Positions 1-12,989 of a stretch of DNA of 41,671 nucleotides are shown piece after piece. Under the pieces are notes generated by a model. The model was not told the origin of the DNA, ran no database searches, and saw only the letters and a program-made list of their open reading frames with translations. Position 1 is the stretch's first letter; the number at the start of each line of letters is the position of its first letter. Origin of the DNA: Bigelowiella natans CCMP2755 (lineage: Eukaryota; Protista; Cercozoa); the NCBI GenBank assembly GCA_000320545.1, contig ADNK01000030.1, positions 1 to 41,671 of the forward strand, given 5' to 3'. Made by a program: the position numbers and the translations under genes.

Positions 1-570
1 AAGTAATCCCTATAAATGAATGTTAGAATCTCATGGTTGAAAGTACTATTGTAGTCGAAATAGAACGAAAGTGGAAAAGGAACAAGAGGAAAATTGATTC
101 TTTCCGAACATATGAGTGACAACTTTTGACCAAAAAAATAAGTCCTTGAAATAGTCATCATGTTCTGCCTTTGTTGCCATGTCGCACACAGCGATTGATG
201 CCTATTTTTATCTTCATGCATCGAGCCGTGTAACGCACGTGCGTTTCCACGAAATTTCAACCTTTTTACAGGAGAAGCCAACATGAAAATCAACAGAACC
301 AATGAAAAAGGGTTAAAAAGGAACGAATAAATCATTGTCGTAGATTCGTAACCACGTTGTTCTCATGTTTTTCTACATTAACTTTGGATGACTTAATCTG
401 ACACTGGTGTGCATCAGACCTCCCTTCCCCAGACTCTAAATTCTTCTCAGAACTCTATATATCTCATTAACGCCAAGGAGGGTGAGAGGATAGTGTAACT
501 CCTCGATCACCTTTATATCTTTTTTCGAAGCAAAGAACAAGGATTGATATTGCATCCAAAATAAAAGAAT

Positions 571-1197
571 ATGGCAGCATCCGCTTACAACAAAGACTAT
601 TATGCACTGTTGCAACTCAAGAGGACTGCCTCCTTTGATGACATCAAGACCGCGTAAGCTCTTGAAAATTAATAAAAATGTGAAACACTGTATTGTTCCT
701 GCACAATAAACTTTAGAATGGATACCGCATATTCCAAAAATGTCCAAATTCAAGTCTCACCAAAAACATGTTAAAATGTAGATTCCGAAGGATGGCTTTG
801 ATGTATCATCCATCAAAAAGCCCAGGGACAAAAGCGGAATTTGATGAAGTAGCTGAAGCATACACTGTCCTCAGTGATGGTAGTTCATGTGTTAACTGGG
901 ATAAGAACAACTGTAACAAACTTAATTCTTTAGAAAAACTCCGGGCAATTTTCGATCAATTTGGCGAAGCAACTCTGAAGCAAGGTGCTATGGATGAAAA
1001 AGGCCAGAGGTTAGGGGGCTGGAAGTTCTCAAAGGTACTGAGTGATTCAATATCCAAATTTATTCTGGAAACTGTAAAATGTAAATTGATTAAACCAGAT
1101 TCTTATTTGTGTTAACATCGTCGTCCAGCTCTGCCCACACACCATGTCACTACCACACGCACATACATATCAAAATTTGAGCGCGTGTGCGCTATGC

Positions 1198-1240
<43 letters not shown>

Positions 1241-2616
1241 GGTTAGAGCACAAATAGATATCACTTTCCTATCACCATTCCGATCTCTTCTGTGTCTTTG
1301 GTGGCAAACATGAGAAACTCTTTCGATTGCTGTACAATTAGGACCCAAACGATATATTCAATGAATTTTTCGGTAGTTCAAATCCGGTAATGATTTTTAT
1401 TTTGAATCACACAACATCTAATCTAAACTCAAGTATCACTTTATTTAGTTCTCTGAGTACTACAAGAAGGGTCCTAAACTCGGTTTCGATGATGGATACA
1501 AAGCGCCAAAAGTTAGTAACGTTTTTTATTATAAATTTACAGCCTCCACTAATGTCCGATAGATTTTGAAGCAATTTTTGCTGCAAACTCGATTTTATTC
1601 AAATTTGAGTGACTGATTTTCAATGCCCGTCTATTATTCATTCACAGAAAGAAGCTCCAATTATTGTCAACCTGCATTGCTCACTCGAGGAACTTTACAA
1701 AGGATGTACAAAACGATGTACTGTTGCCCACAAAGTAAGACATTTTTTTTTGGGACCAACAATTTCTAACTTTTGGGATGTTCGGTAGGTTTTAACACAG
1801 GACAAAAAAGACGTGGTTATAAAAGAAATCGTAAAAACTCTGGAGGTGAGAAGATTATGGACCCTGCATGTAAATATGGATGTTTCAAATAACTCTGTTT
1901 CAGGTCGGAGCAGGATGGAAAGAAGGGACGAAAATCATATTTAGAAAGGAAGGAAACCAATTTCCAGGCAATGAAACAGGTCAGTACAGCAAAAGTGCTT
2001 GGAAATCTGAATATATTTAAGGGGAACTTCTTTTTGTTAGGAGACCTCGTGTTTGTGCTTAAGCAACTCCCTCACCCAGTGTTCGAGCGAAAGGGCAGCA
2101 ACCTTCGATTCTCAGGTAGATTAGCATATAAAAATTTCCAAGGTCAATCCAGCACTTCGTGCTGTCAAAAGTGGCGTACACGCTTTGATGACAATCTATT
2201 TTGACTGCTGCATCAGCCCCAATGTTTATATATTGATGGTTCTTTTACTTCAGCAAAAATTTCATTGGTTGAAGCTCTCACTGGTTGTATTGTAGATGTT
2301 GAAATGCTTGATGGAAAGGTCATTCTGTTTTCCCACGACTTTTTGTTATCAGAACAGATAAATTATATTTTGTTGTCAGACACATCCAGTGACAATCGAG
2401 CAAGTTGTTGGCCCAAATACAACCATCAAGATTCAAGGAATGGGAATGCCAAAGGCAAAACAACCCAAGAAGTTTGGAGATCTGCTCATTGGTATGCCAT
2501 GATATTGGTCCGATAAGACAGATGTCTTATTTTATATGTTTCAAGGTTTCGACGTCGCGTATCCAGAGGCTCTCACAGAAAAGCAAAAAAAAGTCATTCG
2601 AGAAACTCTGTGCTAA
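571..2616 (+). CDS. Type II Hsp40 / DnaJ subfamily B protein, DNAJB13/RSP16-like (multi-exon)
   Basis: Spliced across GT-AG introns: MAASAYNKDYYALLQLKRTASFDDIKTA|FRRMALMYHPSKSPGTKAEFDEVAEAYTVLSD|..LRAIFDQFGEATLKQG. The C-terminal DnaJ domain follows: LHCSLEELYKGCTK, GWKEGTKIIFRKEGNQ, GDLVFVLKQLPHPVFERKGSNL, ISLVEALTGC, IKIQGMGMP, GDLLI.FDVAYPEALTEKQKKVIRETLC*. No Cys-rich zinc finger; HPD is replaced by HPS. Confidence 0.9.
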
Positions 2617-2619
2617 ATT

Positions 2620-4700
2620 GATCATGTGCTGCACTCAACAACCTATGTGCGTATGATGACAACTAGAAAATGCAATCATATCGGACCTTTGCATGCATCG
2701 ATGGCATTGCGTGCGAGTGTGTTGTTAATTGTGTACCATGTCGCCTACACACGCACCATGATCGCATTGTTCTTGATTTGGTCTCATCTCATGCCATGTA
2801 GCACATCGCGAGCCCTCCTAGCTGTGGTCAGTCTGCGACCACCAAATGCATGTAAGCGCGCATGCGCATGCACAAGTGCAAATGGTGTTGCATGTTGTGC
2901 TTTGTTACATCTTGCATTTTCTTGTAGACAGCTTGAACAGGTTCAGGCTAAGCCTACTGTAGTTCAGCTAGTCACATAGGGGCGTGCAACGTGAGTTGCA
3001 CGCCCAGAAATGTGGTTTTAGGAGGGGGCATGTACAGCTGGAAACAACCGAGAGTGTGGTCAGTCTGCGACCACCAAATGCATGCAAGCGCGCATGCGCA
3101 TGCATGAGTGCAAATGGTGTTGCATGTTGTGCTTTGTCACATCTTGCATTTTCTTGCAGACAGCTTGAACAGGTTCAGGCTAAGCCTACTGTGGTTTAGC
3201 TAGTCACACAGGGGCGTGCAACGTGAGTTGCACGCCCAGAAATGTGGTTTTAGGAGGGGGCATGCACAGCTGGAAACATCCTTCTCGGTTGTTTCCCAAC
3301 CGTGGATGTTTCCAGGAGCACCCTCGGTGTTTTGCTTGCGACATGGAGTCGGCCTACGTGTCATGATGTTGCAGGGGAAAATGGCCTACATTTTCCCCAA
3401 TGTTTTAGGCAACTGCTGCTGCGTAGCATGTTGCTGCTGGGGACGCTGTGTGCCCAGCACATGATGTGCATTGGCGCGCAACGCGCTAGTTTGGCACACT
3501 CTAAAAGACCCGCAAGCAAGCGGCAAGCTTTCTGCTTTGGTGGCATGCTCATGCATGCTCATGTCATGTTGTCCATTCAACAGGGTTTTAGTTTTGTGGA
3601 TTCAAAGCATTGTGAAAGCACACATTGCACAGTTGTGTTGTTAGCGCTGCGCAATGCAACTACACTAGCTACTAGCCACACAGATGCCATGCTGCAGGTC
3701 GTCGGTGTGTCCATCGATCGCATCGGCGGCACAATCCAGCTCATCACGAAGCGTGTTGGCACTGCGTGGTGCGTGTCGTGGCTACGTACACATGCCACAA
3801 CTACGTACATAGCTACCACTGTGCCAATGTGCTTGGATTTCACATGCGATCGCAGAAACTAAACGCACGCGCATGCACAGTGATCACCTTTTGCTTTCGC
3901 ATGCTGTCTGGCAGCTGCTAGACTGCCCTTCCACACCCTAGCAATGATGATGTCATGCGATGCGGCGATTGGGGTGTTTTCTCATCACCGTTCTCCCCGA
4001 TATAATGGAACCCAGAGAAGGCTCTTGCTAGCTACTTGTGGAGAGAGTCTCCCAGATTTCCCATTCGCTTTTTTTCAAGGGGGTTCTGTTTGCAGTGCTG
4101 CTAGATCTCTCATAGAAAGCAGCAGGCGCACGCTTTTATAATGCTATATCGCGCCTGCTTCTTTGCTCGCCGCTCGCTCATGTCGCAAAATGCAGATTGT
4201 TTCTCTTTGTGAGTCCGTTTGAATATTGTGTGATGTGTGCACATGTCTATGCTAGATGTGCTAGTGTGCATGTACGTGCATGCGTGCATGCATGCATGTG
4301 TGTGTGTGTGTGTGTCACACATGCACAGCGGAAACAAACCGAAACAACACAAGCGCTGTAGCCGCAGCATTGCACACCTACATAAGCAGAATGACTATAA
4401 ATTGAAAAGGTCTCAACGCAACGTATCACATCCGTCTCGGCCTACATGCACAGAGCACCGTAAGAGTTGTAACAAACAGTAAGTATGTCCATGCTAGCAT
4501 GTCTGCTAGCAGATGTACACATTATACATAGAATTATAGCCATACACCTTTAATTAATTAATTACATCATCGTCCACATGTAGAAACAGAAACCATGTAT
4601 GCAGTAAGTAGCGCTGCACAATGCAGCTGTTGCAACACTTGTAATGTGTGCAATGCCTCTTATATCGACCATCTAAGATGTGAGCTCTAAATTATTCTTT
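2620..4700. other. TpA-depleted, CA/TG- and CTAG-rich intergenic tract 1 (between convergent genes), possibly containing eroded repeat remnants
   Basis: Dense TGCA/CATG/GCTAGC. Surviving TA is mostly in CTA/TAG context, and CpG is retained. Boundaries are approximate. Confidence 0.8.
2823..3278. repeat. Direct tandem duplication, 2 x 224 bp (2823-3046 and 3055-3278, period 232)
   Basis: Manual alignment shows 9 substitutions and no indels, with an 8-bp spacer (ACCGAGAG). Each copy has an 11-bp perfect hairpin GGGCGTGCAAC-gtga-GTTGCACGCCC (2980-3005, 3212-3237). Confidence 0.95.
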
Positions 4701-4825
4701 AACATTATGCTCAACATATAAAAATAACAATTGTAAATATCCTTCATTTATTAATTGTCTAGATGCATTGGCTGCGATGCATAGGTTGATCTGCATTCAA
4801 GATCTCTGGCTTGGTATGGCTAATT

Positions 4826-6077
4826 CTATACATTACTGCGAGAACGCAGAGTTTCTATGTCATTTTTGTCAAACAAAGTTGCTTGCAGCACCTCGCTGAC
4901 AAGTTTCACATTATGTTCATCATGACGATCATCATCACCCTCATTATCTTCATCCTGGTCTTGGCCAACAGCTTCGGAGGATTTCAACATTGAATCAGAA
5001 GTTGCATCTTTCTCATTTCTCTTACCTTCAATATGAACTTTTTCTTTTTTCCTTTTCTTCTTAGTGTTTTTTCCCATTTCAGATCCAAAGAAATCTCCAT
5101 GATCCCACGTATGCTCTTTGCCACGATTGAATAAAACATGTTTGTGGAGTTCCTGCATTGAATATGTTGCTGAAAGGTCGAGTACAAGTATAGATGATGA
5201 TGTTGAAAGTATCTGCACCTTGAATGCGTTCGCGGCATAATATTGTGCCGAAGAAAGTTGATAACTGAGAACAGAGTGCATGTCCGGCAAGGAGAATATT
5301 GTGCCCTGTATTCGATGTCAAATATAAAATTTTTTGCCTTAAAAGCATCAGATTCTATTCTAATTTTTCTTGGCGGCGTTGGCGGCGTACGTACTCTCAT
5401 TGGTCCAGGAACATTTCCTACAACGTAGTATAGAGCCAAAAGTTTGTCGGTGAATCCAGTGGACGAGGAGGAGGAACCACCCGCTTTTCTCGTTCGTAAA
5501 AGCTTCCGAATTATGAAGAAACTATTATCCTTGCAAGCCTACATGATTTCAATCACCACTTCCGATTGAAACTTGCATGGGCGTATTTACAAGAGGAAAG
5601 GTTACCTTTTCGTCGATTTCGTAATATACTCCTTCCATATTTTTTATCATACTAGGATCTAAACGTTCCTGGTTCACTTTCCTACAAAGGGGGCATAAGA
5701 AGATTGTTAAAACTCTATGATAATGAGTTATAAGATCTGAATAATACTCGTTATTGCAAGTTCTATCATAGTAAATCTCGGAGCTCTTGAAATAGTCGAA
5801 AACCTGAATTGAAGGTAAGGTTACATACAAACAAGCAGCTCATGGTATCGTCGTACCGTAAGTTTGTTCAGAGGATAGAATTCAAGCCATTCGGGCCAAC
5901 TCCAGCTTTGCTGAAACTCCTCTGGCTTGGACATGCTGCGAAGATTCTATTTTCTTCTCTTATTGAAGTGCAGCTGTAAGCTGCAGGCAGGAAGAGTGGA
6001 GGTGATGGGCAGGTGGTGATGATGGTGAGCACAGGGGAATTGATTATTAGCGTCGTTGATTTTGTTGTCATTGGCAT
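4826..6077 (-). CDS. Hypothetical protein (structure uncertain, possibly spliced or partly degenerate)
   Basis: Chain of protein-like minus-strand ORFs (5868-6077, 5549-5830, 4984-5439, 4826-5290). The last has a Lys-rich and acidic C-terminus. No family recognised, and the start is not determined. Confidence 0.4.
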
Positions 6078-6192
6078 GGCCTTTCGGTCCTACGACAACA
6101 TAAAAACACTGAAATAAAGATTATCGTTGATGTTGTTGTTATTGGCGTGGCTTTTTAGGTGTACGACATCCTAAAAACACTGAAAATAAAGA
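6053..6192. repeat. Imperfect ~71-bp tandem duplication
   Basis: TCGTTGAT..TTGT.ATTGGC.TGGC...TACGACA..TAAAAACACTGAAA occurs at ~6053 and ~6124. Confidence 0.75.
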
Positions 6193-6324
6193 GAAATTGG
6201 ACAGGGTTGAACTCCAGAAGGGAATCATGGGCTCCGAAGCTCCCGATAAGCGGTGACACTGATCAAGCTAATCCACGTGCACCTCCATCCGGCTCGTCAT
6301 TGTGGATTTTACATATGTACTTGC

Positions 6325-7025
6325 ATGGCTGAATATACCACGGTCGCAGCACCTTCCAAGAAGAAAAGCTCGCGAGGCGATGAGAACAGTAGTTGTGAGC
6401 TTCTACTGTTCGATCGGGTATCGCCGAATAACCACTCACCCTTTGCTCAGGCTCCTTCTGTCCGACTCTAAACGGTGTTGTTGTTTTTAGTTTCTGGGGA
6501 ATACTTGCAGCGCTTCTATTTATTCTCTTCCCCTTTGAAAGTAGGATCAATCTGAAATCATGTTTTCATGCTGTAAGCATCCTACGAAATGATCATCTCA
6601 TTCACTCAACCAGATTCTAGTCAAGGCTCACCTTGGAGAAGGCAACAACTATGTGGCAAACTACTTCCACTTAAGAGAAAGAGGTTTATTTTGGTACCTC
6701 ATTTAAATTTAGAAAATATATAATGAGACTATCTCTTGTCATTTGCTGGAAAGAGGGGAAAAGGACGTTGCTTCTCCTGAAGAATGCAAAGAAGGGCGTA
6801 GAGATTCGATTAGGCCAGGGGATGAGTACCTTGTAAACGATGGAAAAGTTGTAGTAACGCTTGCGGGACCAATAAGGTCATCACTCTTAATGATTTCCTA
6901 GCTAGTAACAGTGCACTGTTTCGTGCAGCAGCGATTGAAACATAAATCAATACTAACTGACCAGGCTTCCTTCAGACTGTACTGTGACACCTTACTCTGG
7001 AGATCGTAAGAACATTACATTCCTG

Positions 7026-7084
<59 letters not shown>

Positions 7085-7791
7085 GAGGTGTAGACACCAT
7101 GAATACATAATGGCGCATCGTCATCATCAGCCAAGACGAGGGAGATGCTGGAGAAGATTTCGAAGAAAGATTACAGTCCTTTTCCAAAACGAAAAGAGGT
7201 GCTCATTCATATGTACTATAATATCATTCTTCGGCTTCAGTCTCACTTTAGAGACTAAAGACAACTCCAAATGCATCCCACATTAGTTTTCGTGCCACTA
7301 ATCATCATAGGTTTTGAAGGAGGTTCTCGAGATATTGGACAAAGTCAGATGGTGCAGTGTTGATTGTGTCGCTAGCTGTGTATTGTCCTCCTTTTAAATC
7401 GAATTAAGTATGATGTTCTCTACAGTTGCTACAATAATGAATGGAATAATCGTAGAATACAAGTTCAAGCAATGGTGTTATGGACAAAATCGGGTACTAT
7501 AGCTCCAGGATTGCACCTCAAACTACATTCCTCTCTCTCTCTTTCTCACTCACCTCTCTTTCTTTCTTTCTTTCTTTCTTTCTTTGTTTCTTTCTCTCGC
7601 TCTCTATAGTTCGATGTTCAAGCCACCGGAGAAGGATGCAAGTGCCCTCGGCGATTCGAAATTGCCTGATGATCTTCTTGACGATATGTGAGTAGTATGA
7701 GAATAACAATGAAAGTAGGATGATAGTAGCTGTTTTTTTCCCCTTTTTCATCACCATATCCTGTCGAAGCAGCACTGTTCTCACTAAAGAG

Positions 7792-7844
<53 letters not shown>

Positions 7845-8251
7845 CGATGTTATCATTATCATGTCGTTCTTAGAAAACAAAAACGCAGCAGCAGCAGCAG
7901 TAAGTAAGGATATTCTTGATATATCTATAGTAGGGTTGTAGGCATGATTCGTCTGCGTGGCATTGTTCATCATCGGATTTCTTTGTTTGAATCAGGCTAC
8001 GAAGCTCCTCCTCAGACGACAGATTCATCCAGATGCTCGATGACCTTGGAAATGAAGAGGACGAGCAATATAGTGTGGGACCTCGAGAAGCAAGGGTTAC
8101 CGAGATGCTGAGACCTACAGGAAAAGCAGTCATTCCAGTTAATGTTTCAAGAATGGACGAGTAGGAATCTTCTTTTTCTTCTTCTTCTTCTTCTTCTTCT
8201 TCTCCGATCTGTGCAATTTGTATGACATCGTTCTTTGGTAGTATGTTGTTG

Positions 8252-8284
<33 letters not shown>

Positions 8285-8831
8285 GGATATTGTTATATTA
8301 GGTGGATGGACCATACAGACTTCTCAGCAGGACTTTTTCACGTAGTCATACAACAACAAGACTAACAGCAGCAGCAACAGCAATTTAACATGATGATGAT
8401 GATGATGATACAATACTACATGAAGATCCTCGCTGATGCAAAGAGAAGCTTATGGTTTGTTGTTGTTGTTGTTGTTGTTATTGTTGTTGTTGTTTTCCGT
8501 GATAATCCGTAGGAGAGCAATGGGTCATGGAATATGGATAAAATGATGACTTGGAATGGGACATCGTTAGAGGGAATAGCACAAGAAATTCTATGTACGT
8601 TCTTAATATATCATCTCTTGTTTACTCGTTTCTCCTTCTTCTGCACTTTCTTCTTTCCTATTGAGGATGATGGTTGTTGGGATTATTGCTAAGGTGAGGA
8701 GGATTTGGATAGAGTCATAGCCCGACGAAAAAAAGAATTTGAAGATGCCAGATTTGAGGTAGTAGTAGTAGTAGTAGTAGTAGTGGTCCAATGACCAACT
8801 CCTAGATAACATGTCTACACCACACACATAA

Positions 8832-8912
<81 letters not shown>

Positions 8913-10367
8913 TGTCTTAGCTATCTTTCTTGTGCCCTCGATAACAACAAGGAAGTTGAAGACTGCACGATGATGATAATAACGACAAATCAATCCATCG
9001 ATATAAATATGCAGCTAGGCGTGTATGATGCCACCTATCTGAATAACAACATTAGGATAGGACGGACTGGGGATATGTCAATGTGGAAAATGGCGTCACA
9101 AAAGGGAGAATCAAGGTGATGATAATGGTGGTTGCACACCGATGATGATGATGACGACGATGATGACGATGATGATGGTTGCACAACTACATTAGACACA
9201 CACTAACAACGCGCTACCACTCAAGCACATGCTTGTGTGTAAAATTATAAATGTGTGTGAGTGCATCCACTCGAATGTTGTTTGCGTATGTTCTTTGTGT
9301 GTGTGTGTGTGTGTGTCCGTGTTTAGACAATTACCAATGTTGATGATAAAGAGCGAATAAGAAGACGATCAATTGACGTCAATACTCTTTCGACTATGCT
9401 GTGGTCTGATATACTGTAAAGTGATGCTGGTGGACGCATATTATTACAATTTTATCATCATCATCTTCTTCTCCTCAGGAGGCGGCTGAGGTTGTCAATT
9501 TGTCCGGTTTAAATATCACGACTCTGAAAAAAGAAATGTTTCAAAACCTACGAAATCTGAAAGTACTTCAGTTGAGGGGCAATAAGATCAAACATCTGCC
9601 AGAGGTAGTACCAGTCGGTTAAGTAGTAGTGGTAGTAGTAGCAGTGTTTCCAATGTTGTTCTTGAATCATCATCTTGGCGCAAACAAACAAACGTTGATC
9701 TCTTTTCTCACTTACTGACATTCCTTTCTTTTCGTGTTCCCTCCATGCCACTGACTATAGGGCATCTTTGCATCCATGACGGGACTGCAGTATGTGGATT
9801 TATCCGATAACCTGCTAAGTGACATTCCAAGCGCTTTCGAAGAAAAAAGTTTGTCATCGAATTTATTTCATCTTAACCTCAATAAGAACAACATCTCAGT
9901 GCTCAATCTTGGACGCTTAAGAAATCTGAAGAACGTAAGTCAGCCATTGACAATAATAACGATACGGATTAAAAGGCTAGCAGCTACTGCTCTCTGCGTA
10001 GTTAGTTGTTCTTCATATCTGGTAACAATAGCAGCACATCTTCTTCTACTCATCATGTTCATCCAATGTTTATGATATTGACAGCTAACCGAACTTTCTC
10101 TTGACAACAACGAAATCCTACGGCTCCCTCCTTTAGTTTCAAGCTCAATGCCCAGGTAATAATAGTAGCAGTAGTAACTAGTTGTATGAGTAGGAGTGGT
10201 AGTAAGTACCTCTACGGTGAGAAGAAATCTAATCTCTCCGACAATAAGAGAGAAAGCCGCTGATGTATTCTCCCACTCGAATGGATATCTTGCAAATTGA
10301 TTGATATGATATCGTCAAAATAGTAGTAAGTGCGATCCCATGCTGCCATCTTTGCAAATAATGGTAT

Positions 10368-10402
<35 letters not shown>

Positions 10403-10664
10403 ACATGTGTACTAATATGACCAAGGTTGGAGAGCTTCAGCTTGAAAGGAAACCAAATTCGTTTTCTTCCATCGGTATTAGTGATATTCGTCTCTCCATG
10501 CATCGCAGTATACCGTATCTGCTTCAAGCGGCTATCTAATATTACTTTAGTACCTAAACCCTAAATATTTCCTCGTAGAACTTTCTCCATGGACTGCGCC
10601 GTCTGGTTTCGATCAATCTATCAGAAAACAAGATTGGCAAGGTGGGAGGGAAGAAGGAGAGAAG

Positions 10665-10695
<31 letters not shown>

Positions 10696-11388
10696 ATATT
10701 CGTATGCCATTGACATCGTAGCCAACGTTGCTTCTAATACACCCATGGTTGAATAGTAGTAGTGGTGGTAGCAGTAGCTGTGGGTTGATGCGGACTCTGG
10801 CGAAGTAGTAGTAGTAGTAGTAGTATTACCATTGATTGCATGTTTTTGCTGCTGTTTGTCTGTCTGTCTGTCTGTCTATAGTAATACCATTGATTGTATC
10901 TTTTTGCTGCTGTCTGTCTATCTGTCTGTCTATCCGTCTGTCTTTTGTCTACAACTATTAGATACCAAAAGATCTTTTCAAAACTTGTTCCAAATTATCG
11001 GATATAAAGTAAGTATTTCCTGTAGTATTCAGGGATGCTGGCACGCATCAGTTTTTATAATGTATTTATGAGAGACTAGGAGATTGGCTGGATGTATATT
11101 TGAAACACAAATCATGCGTTGACAGAATAGAATCAAATTTAATCGCTGCGCTTCCTGCGATGCTTCTTCGGCCGACACCCGCAATTTCCTTCCTAAAGCT
11201 GCAACGTAACGCGATCAAAACGGTTGTTAATAAAAGACACAACAAACACACAGACATGCTGTGATGTTCTATCCCTCATAGAGCATATTTTACTATTTTA
11301 TGAAATAACATAAGCACCCATACCTTGCAGATTCCGGAGGGATTTTTAAATGGCCAAACACGAATGAGAGTTCTCAAATTAGGTAGCC

Positions 11389-11440
<52 letters not shown>

Positions 11441-11778
11441 ACTCAATGACACTCAAGTGGCAGATGCCGAAGATCAAGTCATCAATCATACTTCTACTTA
11501 TGGACGATTACATCAGGATACAACAACATCTCATTCGTCCCACGAGATTTATTGAAAGATTGTGTCAAGTAAGTCACTAAGTCAGCACGTCTATCATCGA
11601 CTTTGCTGCTGTAGATCTTATTGTCTGTTGTACCAACATTGGCTCTTAGTCTCGGATCTTTTGCTCTCCGCAACACGCCAATCAAGATTCTTCCGAAGGA
11701 GCTTTTCTCTTCGTGCAAAGTGTAAGTTACAGTATGATTAGTATGAAAAATGCGATGATGGTGATGAGGATATTACAT

Positions 11779-11815
<37 letters not shown>

Positions 11816-12459
11816 ATTATTATTATTGTATTATATGCTGCTGTGTATATACGCAAGGTTGAAACGATTGGAGTTGGACGGAAACTCTAATCTTGAGATG
11901 ATTGAAAGAGGAACTTTCTATCCGCTTCAAAGTGTAGTCTTCATAAACATGACGGTAAATGAGAATCTCTTCTCTTAAATTAAGCATAACCAACTACATG
12001 AATGCAAATTCATATCAGGGTCACGGCTTACGTTCTATACCGCAAGATATGTTCTCACGATGCCAAACGCTAATGGATTTGTATATGGGAGGAAAATATC
12101 TGAACGCCTTGCCTTCGGTGCGTCCACTTCACTCATCATTATCCACCCATGTTTTTCTGCTCCTTAAATTGAGTGAAGGTGGTCATGGGAAACTTTCCAC
12201 ATTTTTGAATCCTCTGATCTGTAGGGATCCACAAGCTATTTGCCAAACCTGAAACATGTGGACCTTCCTACCTATTACACTTCTCGGCCTCCATTAAGCT
12301 TGCATACGGAGAGGGATGGAGTTTCGGGTGCTCGGGCCTTTTGTAGTGAAGGGGCGAAAGGAACAGAGTACCCTTTCCGAAGCACTCCTAATGCCAATGT
12401 AGAATCTACTACATCCCTTTTAGTTAGCAGACTTACATGTTGATGTCGAGAAACAACAT

Positions 12460-12505
<46 letters not shown>

Positions 12506-12829
12506 ATATATGTTAGAGTGACTGATCGAGTGTGGTTGTGTAACAAGCAGGTAACTGAGGACGAAGGATCAACGCTGAGGAGCAAAGCCCAGCATATGCA
12601 TATCCACACCGAAATCGACTCGGACTATATTGCTGCGGCTAAACCAGGAACGATTGTTGGTCATGTGAGGCCAGATCGTGAAGTAGAAGCAGCCATGAGA
12701 CGTCGCAATGCAAGGTTTCAGGGAACTCGTGGTCTTGGAGGTCGAGGTCGAGGTCGAGGGTTTGCGCGTCGGGGAGGCTCTAGTCAAGGACGAGGAAGAT
12801 CGTTGGAGGAAACGTCTTCAAACGCGTAA
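6325..12829 (+). CDS. Leucine-rich-repeat protein with N-terminal signal anchor (many exons; the 5' half could be a separate gene)
   Basis: Spliced N-terminus MAEYTTVAAPSKKKSSRGDENSSC|SFCPTLNGVVVFSFWGILAALLFILFPFES has a TM segment. LRR exons start at ~9479: VNLSGLNITTLKKEMFQNLRNLKVLQLRGNKIKHLPE|GIFASMTGLQYVDLSDNLLSDIP, LFHLNLNKNNISVL, LTELSLDNNEILRLP, LRSFALRNTPIKILPKELF. The C-terminus is RG-rich and ends with TAA at 12829. Confidence 0.75.
7038..7081. repeat. Intact intronic (TA)n microsatellite (representative; others at ~7794-7842, 11785-11810, 18966-19001, 31232-31266, 41448-41487)
   Basis: Direct sequence. Confidence 0.95.
8836..8910. repeat. Compound (CA)n(GA)n intronic microsatellite (representative of many)
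   Basis: Direct sequence. Similar compound runs lie at ~14338-14433 and ~30647-30723. Confidence 0.9.
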
Positions 12830-12989
12830 TCAATAACATAACACATTCTTCCAAGCACTTACAAAATAAACAATTTGCTGACTTCTCGTTCTACACGTTA
12901 GACATCGATACCCTCGTTCAAATCGGGGTGGAGGTCGAATATTTACCACGACGGGACGAAGGGGCCGCTTGAGCAATCGTCGTGGAACG

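Noticed and set aside
2823-3278. Fungal-type RIP (CpA->TpA) as the cause of the mismatches
   Set aside because: RIP enriches TA and consumes CA/TG, whereas these tracts are TA-poor and CA/TG-rich. It also does not explain the CA vs TG site. An outgroup is still needed to exclude it formally.
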